Positions 1-8,735 of a stretch of DNA of 64,000 bases are shown here, piece by piece. Source of the DNA: Polyangiaceae bacterium. GTDB lineage: Bacteria; Myxococcota_A; Polyangia; Polyangiales; Polyangiaceae. Position numbers and translations under genes: made by a program. Location of the stretch: the NCBI GenBank assembly GCA_044376115.1, contig JBILLK010000017.1, forward strand, positions 1 to 64,000, read 5' to 3'. Under the pieces are notes generated by a model. The model saw only the letters and a list, made by a program, of their open reading frames with translations. It did no database searches and had not been told where the DNA came from. Every line of letters begins with the position of its first letter. The stretch's first letter is position 1.

Positions 1-180
1 GGCGCTGGCCTCCCGGCCTCCATGCAAGGTGGCGCTGGCCTCCCGGCCTCCATGCAAGGTGGCGCTGGCCTCCCGGCCTCCATGCAAGGTGGCGCTGGCC
101 TCCCGGCCTCCATGCAAGGTGGCGCCGGCCTCCCGGCCTCCATGCAAGGTGGCGCCGGCCTCCCGGCCTCCATGCAAGGT
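1..180 (+). repeat. In-frame 30-bp tandem repeat, 6 copies visible (ggcgcYggcctcccggcctccatgcaaggt), encoding GAGLPASMQG
   Basis: Read directly: units start at 1, 31, 61, 91, 121, 151; the last two carry a synonymous t>c change. Confidence 0.97.
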
Positions 181-3174
181 GGCACGGGGTTGGGGCTTCC
201 CATCGTTGGTGGAGCTGGTTTCCCCGCTGTGGGAAGCGGGGCATCACTCCCTTCGATCGGCGGCGCCAGTCTCCCGATGCCGGGAGGCACTGGGCTCCCC
301 ACCATCGGCGGAGTTGGGCTGCCCTCAGCGAATTCGCCAGGCTTGCCGATGGGTGCCGGCCCTGGCCTGCCATCCGCCAGCAGCGCCGGACTGCCCATCG
401 TGGGCGCGACAGGATTGCCAGCAATCGGCGGACAGGGCTTGCCAATGCCAGCAGCCTTGGGCGGCGGTGGCGAGCGCAAGCTCAGTGGCGTCATGCCTGC
501 AGGGCTTGGTCTCGAGATGCCCTCTGGCGCGGGCACCGAGGCAACCTTCGGTGACCCGAACGCGAACGCTGGCGGCGTGAACGTGGGAAGCGTCGATCTC
601 GGCGTGCTCGGGAGTTCGTCGGGAATCGGCGCCGAGGTTGATCTCGACCCTTCGGCCGGCGCGCCAACCAGCGGCCAAGCCGGCGGCCTTTTCAAGAAAG
701 AGCGCAAGGTCGTTACCGACGATCAAGACGTACCGACGTCGCGCGGACGCGGGCTCAAGATCGCAGCAGGCGCGATGGTGGGCGTCGTACTCATCGGCGG
801 CCTGATGACCCTAAACCCAGCGTGGGGACCGTTCGGATCACATTTGATCTCGGACAGACTGAACTCCGACGCTCACAAGGAAGCCGCCCAGTCGTTGCGC
901 GCCGCTGTTCAAGCGAGCCTCGACGAGGACGTGCTCCCAGCAGCGACGGCCGCGAGCGAGCGTGCCAAAGCGGAGCAACGGGACCGCGTAAGGCACGTAG
1001 AGACGGCCGAATACACAGCCTTCACCATCTTCATGAAGAGTCTTCGGTTTGGTCGAGACGGAGGTACCGAGACCACGGCCAAAGCGCTGCTGGAGAGTGC
1101 TCCTCGCGATCAAGAAACACTCTCGTTGCTGCTCGCGCAGAGCGCCTCAGATACGCTCGACGGGGAGCTCGCGCGCGCCAAACAATCCGTTGAGAAGGCG
1201 CAAGCACTTGCTCCGGAAGACGTCGACGTGGCGGTGCTCGCAGGCGAAATTGAGCTCAAGTCGAAGGACTATGGAGCCGCAATTGCAGCCTTCACAAAGG
1301 CCACCAACCTGCACAAATCCGCGCGCACGCTGTTCGGCTTGGCTCGGGCGCAGTTCGCCAGCGGCAAACCAGCGGAGGCCGAAGCAACCGCTCGTGGAGC
1401 CTTGAACCTTTCGAAGGGCCACGTGGGTGCACGCGTGATGATCGCGACCATTGCAGCCGGCACCCCTTCACGTGAAGGCGAGGCCTTGAAGCTTCTGCAA
1501 GAGGTTACTGAAAACGCCGAAATCAAGCCCAACGCGAGCACACCGGAGCTGGTGGAAGCTCACGTTCAACTCGGGCGTGTTCAGACGCTCGCATCACGCA
1601 TTTCCCAAGCGCAAGAGGCGTTCGCGGGCGCCCTCCGACTGGATCCTCAATCGGTCGACGCCTTGGTTGGAAGTGGTGAGCTTTATTACCGCTCGAGCCG
1701 TTACTCGGAGGCCGAAGCACGCTTTGAATCTGCACTGAAAGCGGACGCCGATAACTTCGCCGCCAAGATCGGTACGGCGAAGGCTTGGATCGCACTCGAG
1801 CGAACCAAAGAGGCGAAGGACCACCTCAAGAAGTTGGCTCAGGCGTACCCCAAGGAGCCGCAGGTCGATTATTGGATGGGCCGTGTTGACGAGCTGCTCG
1901 GCCAGCGCAAAGAAGCGGAAGCTGACTTCCGCGCGGCGATACAAAAGGCCACCCTTCCTGAGCAGGGCGTGCCTTCCTACGTGGCGCTCGCTGCGCTGCT
2001 CTCCAGTACCAATCGAGGAAATGAAGCGAGCACACTGCTCGCAGACGCCTCCACCAAGTATCCAGGCAGCCCCGAGCTTGCCAAAGCCCGTGGTGACGTA
2101 GCCCTTCGCTCCGGCAAACTCGAGGAAGCCCAAAGCCAGTTTGAAGCGGCCTTGAAGAAGGCTCCGGATGACCTGTCCACGCGCTTTTCGCTCGGCCAGA
2201 CCTTCCTAAAAATGCGCAAGTTCGATCAGGCCATCGCCGTGCTCGACGCAGTCATGAAGATCGACCCGGAGTATCCCGGGCTGGCCCTGGAGCGCGGCCT
2301 GTACTTCGAAGAGACCGGGCAAACCGACGAAGCGCTGCGCATGTACGAAGACGCGCTGAAAAAAGCTCCCAACGACAACGACCTCAAGCTTCGCATCGCT
2401 TCTACGCTGGTGGCCGCTGGCTCGGCCAAGAAGGCCGAGCCCATCCTGAAGGAAGTGATCCGCGAGCGCGGCAATTCCGCCGAAGCAAACCACTTCCTCG
2501 GCCGAGCAATGCTCATCTCAGGCTCCAACCTGAACGATGCCATGCGCCACCTCAAGCGGGCCGTGGAACTCGACGCTAACCGAGCCGAGTACCACCTCTA
2601 CGTTGGTTGGGCCGCCAATGAGTCGGGCCAACCCGCCGTCGCCGAGGTCGAGTTGGAACGAGCGCTCGAACTCGACGGCTCCTTGGGAGACGCATACTGG
2701 CAACGCGGCGTGTTCAATCAAAAGCAAGGCAGGACAGAAGCTGCGCTCAAAGACTTGGAAACAGCCCTAGAAAAACGCCCGAGCCGCTACGAGGCGCACG
2801 CCACAATGGCCCTTTGCTTCGAGGTGCAGAACAATCTCTCGAAGGCAGAGGCCTCCTGGCGCAAGGCTATTCAGGGCAACGACAAGATCCCCGAGTTCCA
2901 CTACAGGCTCGGGGAACTCCTTGATCGCGCGGGCAACAAGAAGGAGGCCCTAAGCGAGTTCGAGAAGGCGCTGGAGCTTGCCGCAGCCAAAGAGCTCAAG
3001 CCGGCGTGGCTCTACCGTGCCCATCGGCTATTGGGAGAAGGCTACGAAGCGAGCAACGCCGAAAAAGCGCTCCTCCATTTCCAAGAATACCTTCGGCTTT
3101 CACCCAAAGACGACGCGTACCGCGGGGAAGCTGAAGCAAGCGTTGAAGAACTCAAGAAGAAGTTGAAGCGCTAA
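1..3174 (+). CDS. Large TPR-repeat membrane-anchored protein with Gly/Pro-rich low-complexity N-terminus (5' end outside window)
   Basis: Frame 1 is open from base 1; GLP-rich repeats, one hydrophobic helix (IAAGAMVGVVLIGGLMTL), then many TPR-like units (e.g. AQEAFAGALRLDPQSVDALVGSGELYY). Confidence 0.8.
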   Translation, partial: GAGLPASMQGGAGLPASMQGGAGLPASMQGGAGLPASMQGGAGLPASMQGGAGLPASMQGGTGLGLPIVGGAGFPAVGSGASLPSIGGASLPMPGGTGLPTIGGVGLPSANSPGLPMGAGPGLPSASSAGLPIVGATGLPAIGGQGLPMPAALGGGGERKLSGVMPAGLGLEMPSGAGTEATFGDPNANAGGVNVGSVDLGVLGSSSGIGAEVDLDPSAGAPTSGQAGGLFKKERKVVTDDQDVPTSRGRGLKIAAGAMVGVVLIGGLMTLNPAWGPFGSHLISDRLNSDAHKEAAQSLRAAVQASLDEDVLPAATAASERAKAEQRDRVRHVETAEYTAFTIFMKSLRFGRDGGTETTAKALLESAPRDQETLSLLLAQSASDTLDGELARAKQSVEKAQALAPEDVDVAVLAGEIELKSKDYGAAIAAFTKATNLHKSARTLFGLARAQFASGKPAEAEATARGALNLSKGHVGARVMIATIAAGTPSREGEALKLLQEVTENAEIKPNASTPELVEAHVQLGRVQTLASRISQAQEAFAGALRLDPQSVDALVGSGELYYRSSRYSEAEARFESALKADADNFAAKIGTAKAWIALERTKEAKDHLKKLAQAYPKEPQVDYWMGRVDELLGQRKEAEADFRAAIQKATLPEQGVPSYVALAALLSSTNRGNEASTLLADASTKYPGSPELAKARGDVALRSGKLEEAQSQFEAALKKAPDDLSTRFSLGQTFLKMRKFDQAIAVLDAVMKIDPEYPGLALERGLYFEETGQTDEALRMYEDALKKAPNDNDLKLRIASTLVAAGSAKKAEPILKEVIRERGNSAEANHFLGRAMLISGSNLNDAMRHLKRAVELDANRAEYHLYVGWAANESGQPAVAEVELERALELDGSLGDAYWQRGVFNQKQGRTEAALKDLETALEKRPSRYEAHATMALCFEVQNNLSKAEASWRKAIQGNDKIPEFHYRLGELLDRAGNKKEALSEFEKALELAAAKELKPAWLYRAHRLLGEGYEASNAEKALLHFQEYLRLSPKDDAYRGEAEASVEELKKKLKR

Positions 3175-3177
3175 CCG

Positions 3178-3213
3178 AGCCTGGAAGGCGTGTAACCGCC
3201 GTCCTTCCAGGCT
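3178..3213 (+). terminator. Stem-loop after TPR gene (possible terminator)
   Basis: agcctggaagg (3178-3188) and ccttccaggct (3203-3213) form a perfect 11-bp inverted repeat just after the stop; U-tail is weak. Confidence 0.5.
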
Positions 3214-3304
3214 TCGTACTTCGAACTGCTTACGGCACTTGCCAAACGGCTTGGGCGGATACAACTCACGCCCACGACTCAGTTCCCATTGTCACGAGGC
3301 GACC

Positions 3305-5197
3305 ATGAGCACCACCGAGACCAGTTCCGCACCTACTGAATACCCCTTCGTCGCTGAAGTTCAGAAAGTCCTGACCCTCGTCATCGACTCTCTTTACGCC
3401 AACAAGGAGGTTTTCCTCCGAGAGCTCGTGTCCAACGCCTCCGACGCACTCGATAAAGGCCGCTTCTATCAGCTCTCACACGAGGACTCGAAGAAGCAGG
3501 ATGGCGAGCCTCGTATCGACATCAAGGTCGATGAGGCGGCCAAGACCATCACGATTGACGACAACGGCATTGGGCTCACTCGTGAAGAAGTCATAGAGAA
3601 CCTCGGCACAATCGCGCGCAGCGGGTCGTCAGCGTTCTTGGAGCAGTACGCAGAACTGATGAAGAGCGCGCAAAAGGACCAAGCCATCAACCTGATTGGC
3701 CAGTTCGGCGTTGGCTTCTATTCGGCCTTCATGGTCGCCTCGCGAGTGGACGTTCACAGCCTGTCGATGAAGGCCGGGAGCGAGGCCGTGATTTGGCGCT
3801 CGACCGGAACGGGAACCTTCACGGTAGCGCCCGGGGATCGAACCAGCGTCGGCACCACGATTACGCTACATCTAAAGGAGGAGCATGCGGACTTTGCCCG
3901 CGCATGGCGGCTCAAGGACATCATCGCCCGCTACTCCAATTACATTGGTTTCCCGATCAACCTTGATGGGGAGCGCGCTAATCAACCCGTTGCGCTTTGG
4001 ACCCTACCAAAGTCCAAAGTCACCGAGGAACAGCACAAGGAGTTCTTCCAACACCTATCTGGCGGCACTGCCGGGGATACCCCGCTTTTGACCGTGCATT
4101 TCGGGGTGGACGCGCCAGTGCAGTTTCAGTCGCTCGTCTACGTCCCCGAGAAGGCGCCGTTTGACCTGTTTCAAAAGGAGCGCACCTCTCTTCGGCTGTA
4201 CGCCAAGCGAGTACTCATTATCGAGAGCTGCGAAAAGCTCAGTCCGACCTGGCTTCGATTCCTACGCGGTGTGGTTGACTCGGAAGATCTCTCGCTGAAC
4301 GTATCCCGCGAGATGCTGCAAGAGAGCAGAGTCGTAACCCAAATCGAGCAGATGGTTACCAAGCAGGTAATCAAGTCGCTCAAAGAACTCGGGGAGTCTG
4401 ACCCTGCTCGCTACACGACGTTTTGGAACTTGTTCGGAAAGGTGATCAAGGAGGGCGTCAGCACGGATTGGAAAAACAAGGACGCGCTCTTGGACCTGTG
4501 TCGCTTCGAGTCGCTCAATACCCCTGACGGAGAACTCACAACTCTGGCCAGCTACGTGAAGTCGATGCCCGAGGGGCAAGAGCACATCTACTACCTGACT
4601 GGCATCTCTCGGCGCTCCGTCTCAGCCAGCCCTCACCTCGAGGCCTTCAAAAAGAAGGGCTTCGACGTGCTCTTCCTCACCGATCCGATCGACGAGTGGG
4701 TGGTTCAGGCAGCCCCGGAATTCGAGAAGAAGAAGCTCAAGAGCATCGCGCACGGCGATATTGACTTAGGAGTCTCTGAAAAGGGGGATGAGGAGTCAGC
4801 AAAGCCTGCCCTAGCCGCCATTCGTCAGGCGCTTGGTGACCGCATTCGCGAGGTTCGTTTCTCGAATCGATTAACGGATAGCCCGAGCTGTTTGGTAGCG
4901 AGCGACGGCGATCCGGGCTCGAATATGGAACGGTTGCTGCGCATGGTGGACGAGCGCGCGGAACAACGCAAACGGGTGCTAGAGGTCAACGCCAACCACC
5001 CCGTCATCCTCAACATCGCAAAACTCGCGCTAAGTGAGTTCAACTCAGAGCGGACAAAGCTCTATTGCGAGGCTCTCTACGATCAAGCGTTGCTCGCCGA
5101 GGGGGTAGTCGAGGAACCGCAGGACGTCGTTCGCCGCCTGTCTGCGCTGCTCAAAGAGGCAACCGCCTCCGCATCGGCCAGCTCCGATAAACAGTAA
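3305..5197 (+). CDS. htpG: Molecular chaperone HtpG (Hsp90)
   Basis: SLYANKEVFLRELVSNASDALDK, DNGIG, NLGTIARSG, IGQFGVGFYSAF, GVVDSEDLSLNVSREMLQ; ATG 3305 follows a gagg RBS. Confidence 0.97.
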   Translation: MSTTETSSAPTEYPFVAEVQKVLTLVIDSLYANKEVFLRELVSNASDALDKGRFYQLSHEDSKKQDGEPRIDIKVDEAAKTITIDDNGIGLTREEVIENLGTIARSGSSAFLEQYAELMKSAQKDQAINLIGQFGVGFYSAFMVASRVDVHSLSMKAGSEAVIWRSTGTGTFTVAPGDRTSVGTTITLHLKEEHADFARAWRLKDIIARYSNYIGFPINLDGERANQPVALWTLPKSKVTEEQHKEFFQHLSGGTAGDTPLLTVHFGVDAPVQFQSLVYVPEKAPFDLFQKERTSLRLYAKRVLIIESCEKLSPTWLRFLRGVVDSEDLSLNVSREMLQESRVVTQIEQMVTKQVIKSLKELGESDPARYTTFWNLFGKVIKEGVSTDWKNKDALLDLCRFESLNTPDGELTTLASYVKSMPEGQEHIYYLTGISRRSVSASPHLEAFKKKGFDVLFLTDPIDEWVVQAAPEFEKKKLKSIAHGDIDLGVSEKGDEESAKPALAAIRQALGDRIREVRFSNRLTDSPSCLVASDGDPGSNMERLLRMVDERAEQRKRVLEVNANHPVILNIAKLALSEFNSERTKLYCEALYDQALLAEGVVEEPQDVVRRLSALLKEATASASASSDKQ

Positions 5198-5202
5198 GCC
5201 GA

Positions 5203-5694
5203 GTGGCGACCGACCCCATCACGAAAACGGGCTTTCTCGCTCTGCAAGCTGAGTTGAGTCGGCTTTGGAAGGTTGAGCGTCCGCGAGTAACTGAAGAAGT
5301 GTCGGTCGCCGCTGCACAAGGCGATAGAAGCGAAAACGCCGAGTACATCTACGGCAAGAAAAAGCTACGCGAGATCGACCGTAAGATTCGTCACCTGACG
5401 AAGCGGCTTGAAGCACTTACAGTCGTGGAGCCGGAGCCTTCGCAACTCGGCAGAATCTTCTTTGGAGCTTGGTTCACCATCGAAGAAGAAGACGGGAGCG
5501 AGAGTACTTACCGCATTGTAGGGACCGACGAACTCGAGTTAGCCGCTAAACAAATATCTGTCCGCTCTCCCCTAGCCCGCGCCCTACTTGGTAAGCGGGT
5601 CGGGGATTGCGTCCAAGTGGAGCGACCGCGCGGGAGCACTGAAGTTTGCGTTCTGCGTGTTTGGTACCCGTCAGCCGAGGAGCCCGCGACCTAA
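5203..5694 (+). CDS. greB: Transcription elongation factor GreB
   Basis: LWKVERPRVT...AAAQGDRSENAEYIYGKKKLREIDR, SPLARALLGK. Confidence 0.93.
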   Translation: MATDPITKTGFLALQAELSRLWKVERPRVTEEVSVAAAQGDRSENAEYIYGKKKLREIDRKIRHLTKRLEALTVVEPEPSQLGRIFFGAWFTIEEEDGSESTYRIVGTDELELAAKQISVRSPLARALLGKRVGDCVQVERPRGSTEVCVLRVWYPSAEEPAT

Positions 5695-6833
5695 AGGCAT
5701 TGAACCCGCCGAAAGTGAGGCTCGAAGCGACCGCCGACCTTCGCCGAAATCTCCGGATTGAGGCAGACGAGCAGCGTTGAATCAATGAACCCAGCCTGCG
5801 CTATCGCCTCGGGAGCCAATACCTTAGCGCCTAGTCGAGATTGGCCATGCTTCCGGGGGTTCTGATCGAAAACCCCATTTACGCTCGCATTGGGCAACAT
5901 TGCAGAGGCCATTGTCGCGTAGAACCCAGCGCCGTAAAGGTAGAGTGACTTCACATCCGCGAGCTCGCGCTGTACCAACTCGAGCCTGCTTAGCAGCGAA
6001 CGAAAGGGCGCAGCAGCGCGCCAAGCACGTTCCCTTAGCTCAGCTTTTTTGGAAGCATCAAGCGCAGTCCGCACAGGGGAGGCGTGGCCGACCAGGATGG
6101 TAGCTCCCATTGCAGACTCGCTGTCCAACTCCGTCACAGCAAACCCCACCTCCTCGACCAACGCGCGGATTCGTTCAGGATGGAAGTGCTGCACGTGATC
6201 GGCGCAAGCTAGATCCCCCGGGTTGCGTTCGTAGTTGGGGACTACCAAATAAAGAACGGCTCGTTCAGCGCAAACGCTACGCAAGTACTCAAGCGACCCT
6301 CGTGGATCGGTATCGTGCTCTAGCACGAAGAATGAACACACGACGTCGAAGCGACCAGCCGGCCGCCGACCAATGCATACTCGCTCCTCCGGTAGCCAGC
6401 GTAGCAAGCTCGCTTCGTACTTCTCGCCGAGGTCAAACGCGGTGACATTTTTATACCCCGCACTGACACTGCGCCCGACGATGCGACCGTGTCCTGCGCC
6501 AAACTCAAGAATAGCCGCGTCCTTGCCGACCCGATCGAGGACCTTCTCCTGATAGAGAGCAAAGTCGAGATCGGTACGGAATACTGTCGAACCGTCTTTC
6601 GTAGAGACAATCTCGTCTGCTCCGCCGTCGACCAGAGTCGCGTCATAGACAGAACGATAATAGTCGCTCCAATCTATATCCATCGAGGTCATGAAGTGGC
6701 CGCAGCCTTGACAGAACAACAACGTGGAGGGCTCCTTCAACACCCGACTCTCACTCGTGACGCTGACCGCGGGCGAGTTGAGGCTAAAGCAATCAGAACT
6801 GCACAATGAGCACTTAACGAACTTGGTCTTCAT
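5691..6833 (-). CDS. Class I SAM-dependent methyltransferase with N-terminal Zn ribbon (sugar C-methyltransferase-like architecture)
   Basis: CSLC...CQGC, ILEFGAGHG, FVLEH, C-terminal LYGAG...FDQNPRKHG. Confidence 0.8.
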   Translation of the reverse strand: MKTKFVKCSLCSSDCFSLNSPAVSVTSESRVLKEPSTLLFCQGCGHFMTSMDIDWSDYYRSVYDATLVDGGADEIVSTKDGSTVFRTDLDFALYQEKVLDRVGKDAAILEFGAGHGRIVGRSVSAGYKNVTAFDLGEKYEASLLRWLPEERVCIGRRPAGRFDVVCSFFVLEHDTDPRGSLEYLRSVCAERAVLYLVVPNYERNPGDLACADHVQHFHPERIRALVEEVGFAVTELDSESAMGATILVGHASPVRTALDASKKAELRERAWRAAAPFRSLLSRLELVQRELADVKSLYLYGAGFYATMASAMLPNASVNGVFDQNPRKHGQSRLGAKVLAPEAIAQAGFIDSTLLVCLNPEISAKVGGRFEPHFRRVQCL

Positions 6834-7669
6834 GCCTGCACCAACTCCGGATGGAGCGCCGCGAAGTTACCACCATCCTGCCATCCACCTATCCAACCGT
6901 GGCGAATAGAAGTCGCGTCGTTCATATCAAAGTAACGCACTTGACAGGTCAATCTACTACGCCCAGCCGCGCTCCGATTGAAGCCGGAGCGATGCAACAA
7001 GAGAAAGTCTAGAAAAACAGCATCCCCGGGCTCTGTCTCGAACGAAGCCACAGGATATCGACGAACAATCTCCTCAACCCGGTGGATAGCAAATGTCTGG
7101 GTATAGTCCTTATTGCGATTCAGGGGGTCAAGGCACGCTACCGGGAGTATTCCCTCGACATGACTACCCACTGACAGCTCTACCGGGCCCATTGACCTGT
7201 CTACCTGACTCAAGCCAAACCAAGCGACGAGGCCGCGTGGGGAGGATATCTGCGAGTGGTATTCTTGATGCCACTCCGACCGCCAACGGTCCTCCTGGGG
7301 CAAATCAAAGCGAACACCTGCCCCCCGAAACGCAACCCCCACGAACGGTGTCTCCAACAACTGGGCAACGACGTCCCCCATGCTCTCACTTCCGAGCAGG
7401 CGCCAAAACGGCAGAACTTTGCGCGCGGCATCGTAGACCGTACCAAGCTCTCTGCGGTCCCTAGCCGCTAATCTGGCTATCCGGTCGTGAATGGTCACTG
7501 ACAAGGTCGCTTGGTCAGCTAGCGCGCCGCCATCTCTTGCCGCCAAGAGCTGATCCAAAGCAACTAGTGCTTCATGGATTGCTTCAACGTCAAACAAGCC
7601 CTTCACCACTAGGAAGCCGTCTCGCTTGTAATGCTCGAGCTGCTCCTGGGAAATCAATGCCTTCTTCAT
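6830..7669 (-). CDS. Phytanoyl-CoA dioxygenase (PhyH) family Fe(II)/2OG oxygenase
   Basis: YKRDGFLVVKGLF, WHQEY, GSH, PGDAVFLDFLLLHRSGFNRS...R. Confidence 0.88.
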   Translation of the reverse strand: MKKALISQEQLEHYKRDGFLVVKGLFDVEAIHEALVALDQLLAARDGGALADQATLSVTIHDRIARLAARDRRELGTVYDAARKVLPFWRLLGSESMGDVVAQLLETPFVGVAFRGAGVRFDLPQEDRWRSEWHQEYHSQISSPRGLVAWFGLSQVDRSMGPVELSVGSHVEGILPVACLDPLNRNKDYTQTFAIHRVEEIVRRYPVASFETEPGDAVFLDFLLLHRSGFNRSAAGRSRLTCQVRYFDMNDATSIRHGWIGGWQDGGNFAALHPELVQA

Positions 7670-8526
7670 GATAGCCCCTGCAAAAGCGGCTCAACGTAGT
7701 CTCTCATAGGCTGCTTCTTGAGTTCAGCGTGGTGAATCTCCCTTAGCTCCTGCCGGTCAGTCCTGGCGCGCGTCCGCCGCAAGAACTCAACAACGTCTCC
7801 GTCCCCCGCGCGGAGAAACGTCCCGAGCAGCGGCTCCTCATTGACGCCACCCTGACCGGCCACCAAGACCTTGTTGGTCACTAAGTATATTATCCTCGCG
7901 TGCGGGAGATGCGGCATCTCTGCGCTCTGCCTCAATGTCAGCGCCACCTCGCTTCTCGCGATCAAGTCATTGCGGAAGAGCGCCGCGGAATCAAAGCAGC
8001 TTTCTACGCGGTAACCTAGCCGCACCAAATTGCTAAGGACGTCCGCGCGCTCCTTCGTGATACTTCCATAAAAAAAGAAGTCCACGTCCCGAGTGCGCTT
8101 CGGCAGCTCCATTAGCCGCTCCTGAAAGCCGAAGCGAAGCAACTTTGCCTCTACGCCGAGCGAAGCCAAAGCCACTATGTTGTCTGGAGCGGAGTCCCAG
8201 ACGGCCTTCGCCTGAGCGCACAATGGCAAAACCACCTCATCCACTCGGCTATTGGCTTCGCGGTTAATGGTTCGTCCGTGGACCATCTCCGTCTGCAACA
8301 CCACAAAGTCTTCTTCCGTTCGCAAGACTTCATTCACTTCAGCCTCACCGGCTAGGTGATGAATGCCGCACAACACATTCAGTCGGTTTGATTCCAGCTT
8401 GTTGCGGGTTATGGTGGTATCCACCCCAAGCTCTTGGAGCGTCAACTGCAACATGCGCACGGTGTCGAAGAGGAAGTGGGCAAATGGAAAGCCCGGCGGG
8501 TCGAGCACGACAACGTTCATTCGCAT
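7666..8526 (-). CDS. Glycosyltransferase-like protein (GT-B/CgeB-like C-terminus)
   Basis: RDVDFFFYGSITKER...RNDLIARSEVALTL...RIIYLV pattern; ATGA-coupled to the next gene; start at 8526 or 8520 rather than 8613. Confidence 0.55.
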   Translation of the reverse strand: MRMNVVVLDPPGFPFAHFLFDTVRMLQLTLQELGVDTTITRNKLESNRLNVLCGIHHLAGEAEVNEVLRTEEDFVVLQTEMVHGRTINREANSRVDEVVLPLCAQAKAVWDSAPDNIVALASLGVEAKLLRFGFQERLMELPKRTRDVDFFFYGSITKERADVLSNLVRLGYRVESCFDSAALFRNDLIARSEVALTLRQSAEMPHLPHARIIYLVTNKVLVAGQGGVNEEPLLGTFLRAGDGDVVEFLRRTRARTDRQELREIHHAELKKQPMRDYVEPLLQGLS

Positions 8527-8735
8527 GACAGTCCGCAGGCGAAGCAACCTCCGTGCCTCGGGTCCCCGCGCAAGACCAGGGATCATACGCATGCTGTAGT
8601 GGGTCTCGTTCAATGCGAGTCATTCTGCTGACGACAAGCCGTCAAGCGTTCGTCGCACGGCAGAGGCCGCTAGGAGCTTGCAAGTACTGAGGCAACGCCG
8701 TCGCCCGTCGAACCTGGCCACATACCTGCGGGGGT

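Noticed and set aside
1..180. 30-bp repeats as a CRISPR array
   Set aside because: Head-to-tail with no spacers, in frame within a CDS, and no cas genes
3214..3304. CIRCE or sigma32 element upstream of htpG
   Set aside because: No convincing match to either consensus
6830..7669. Fe/2OG halogenase
   Set aside because: The carboxylate ligand is retained (HQE); halogenases have Ala or Gly there
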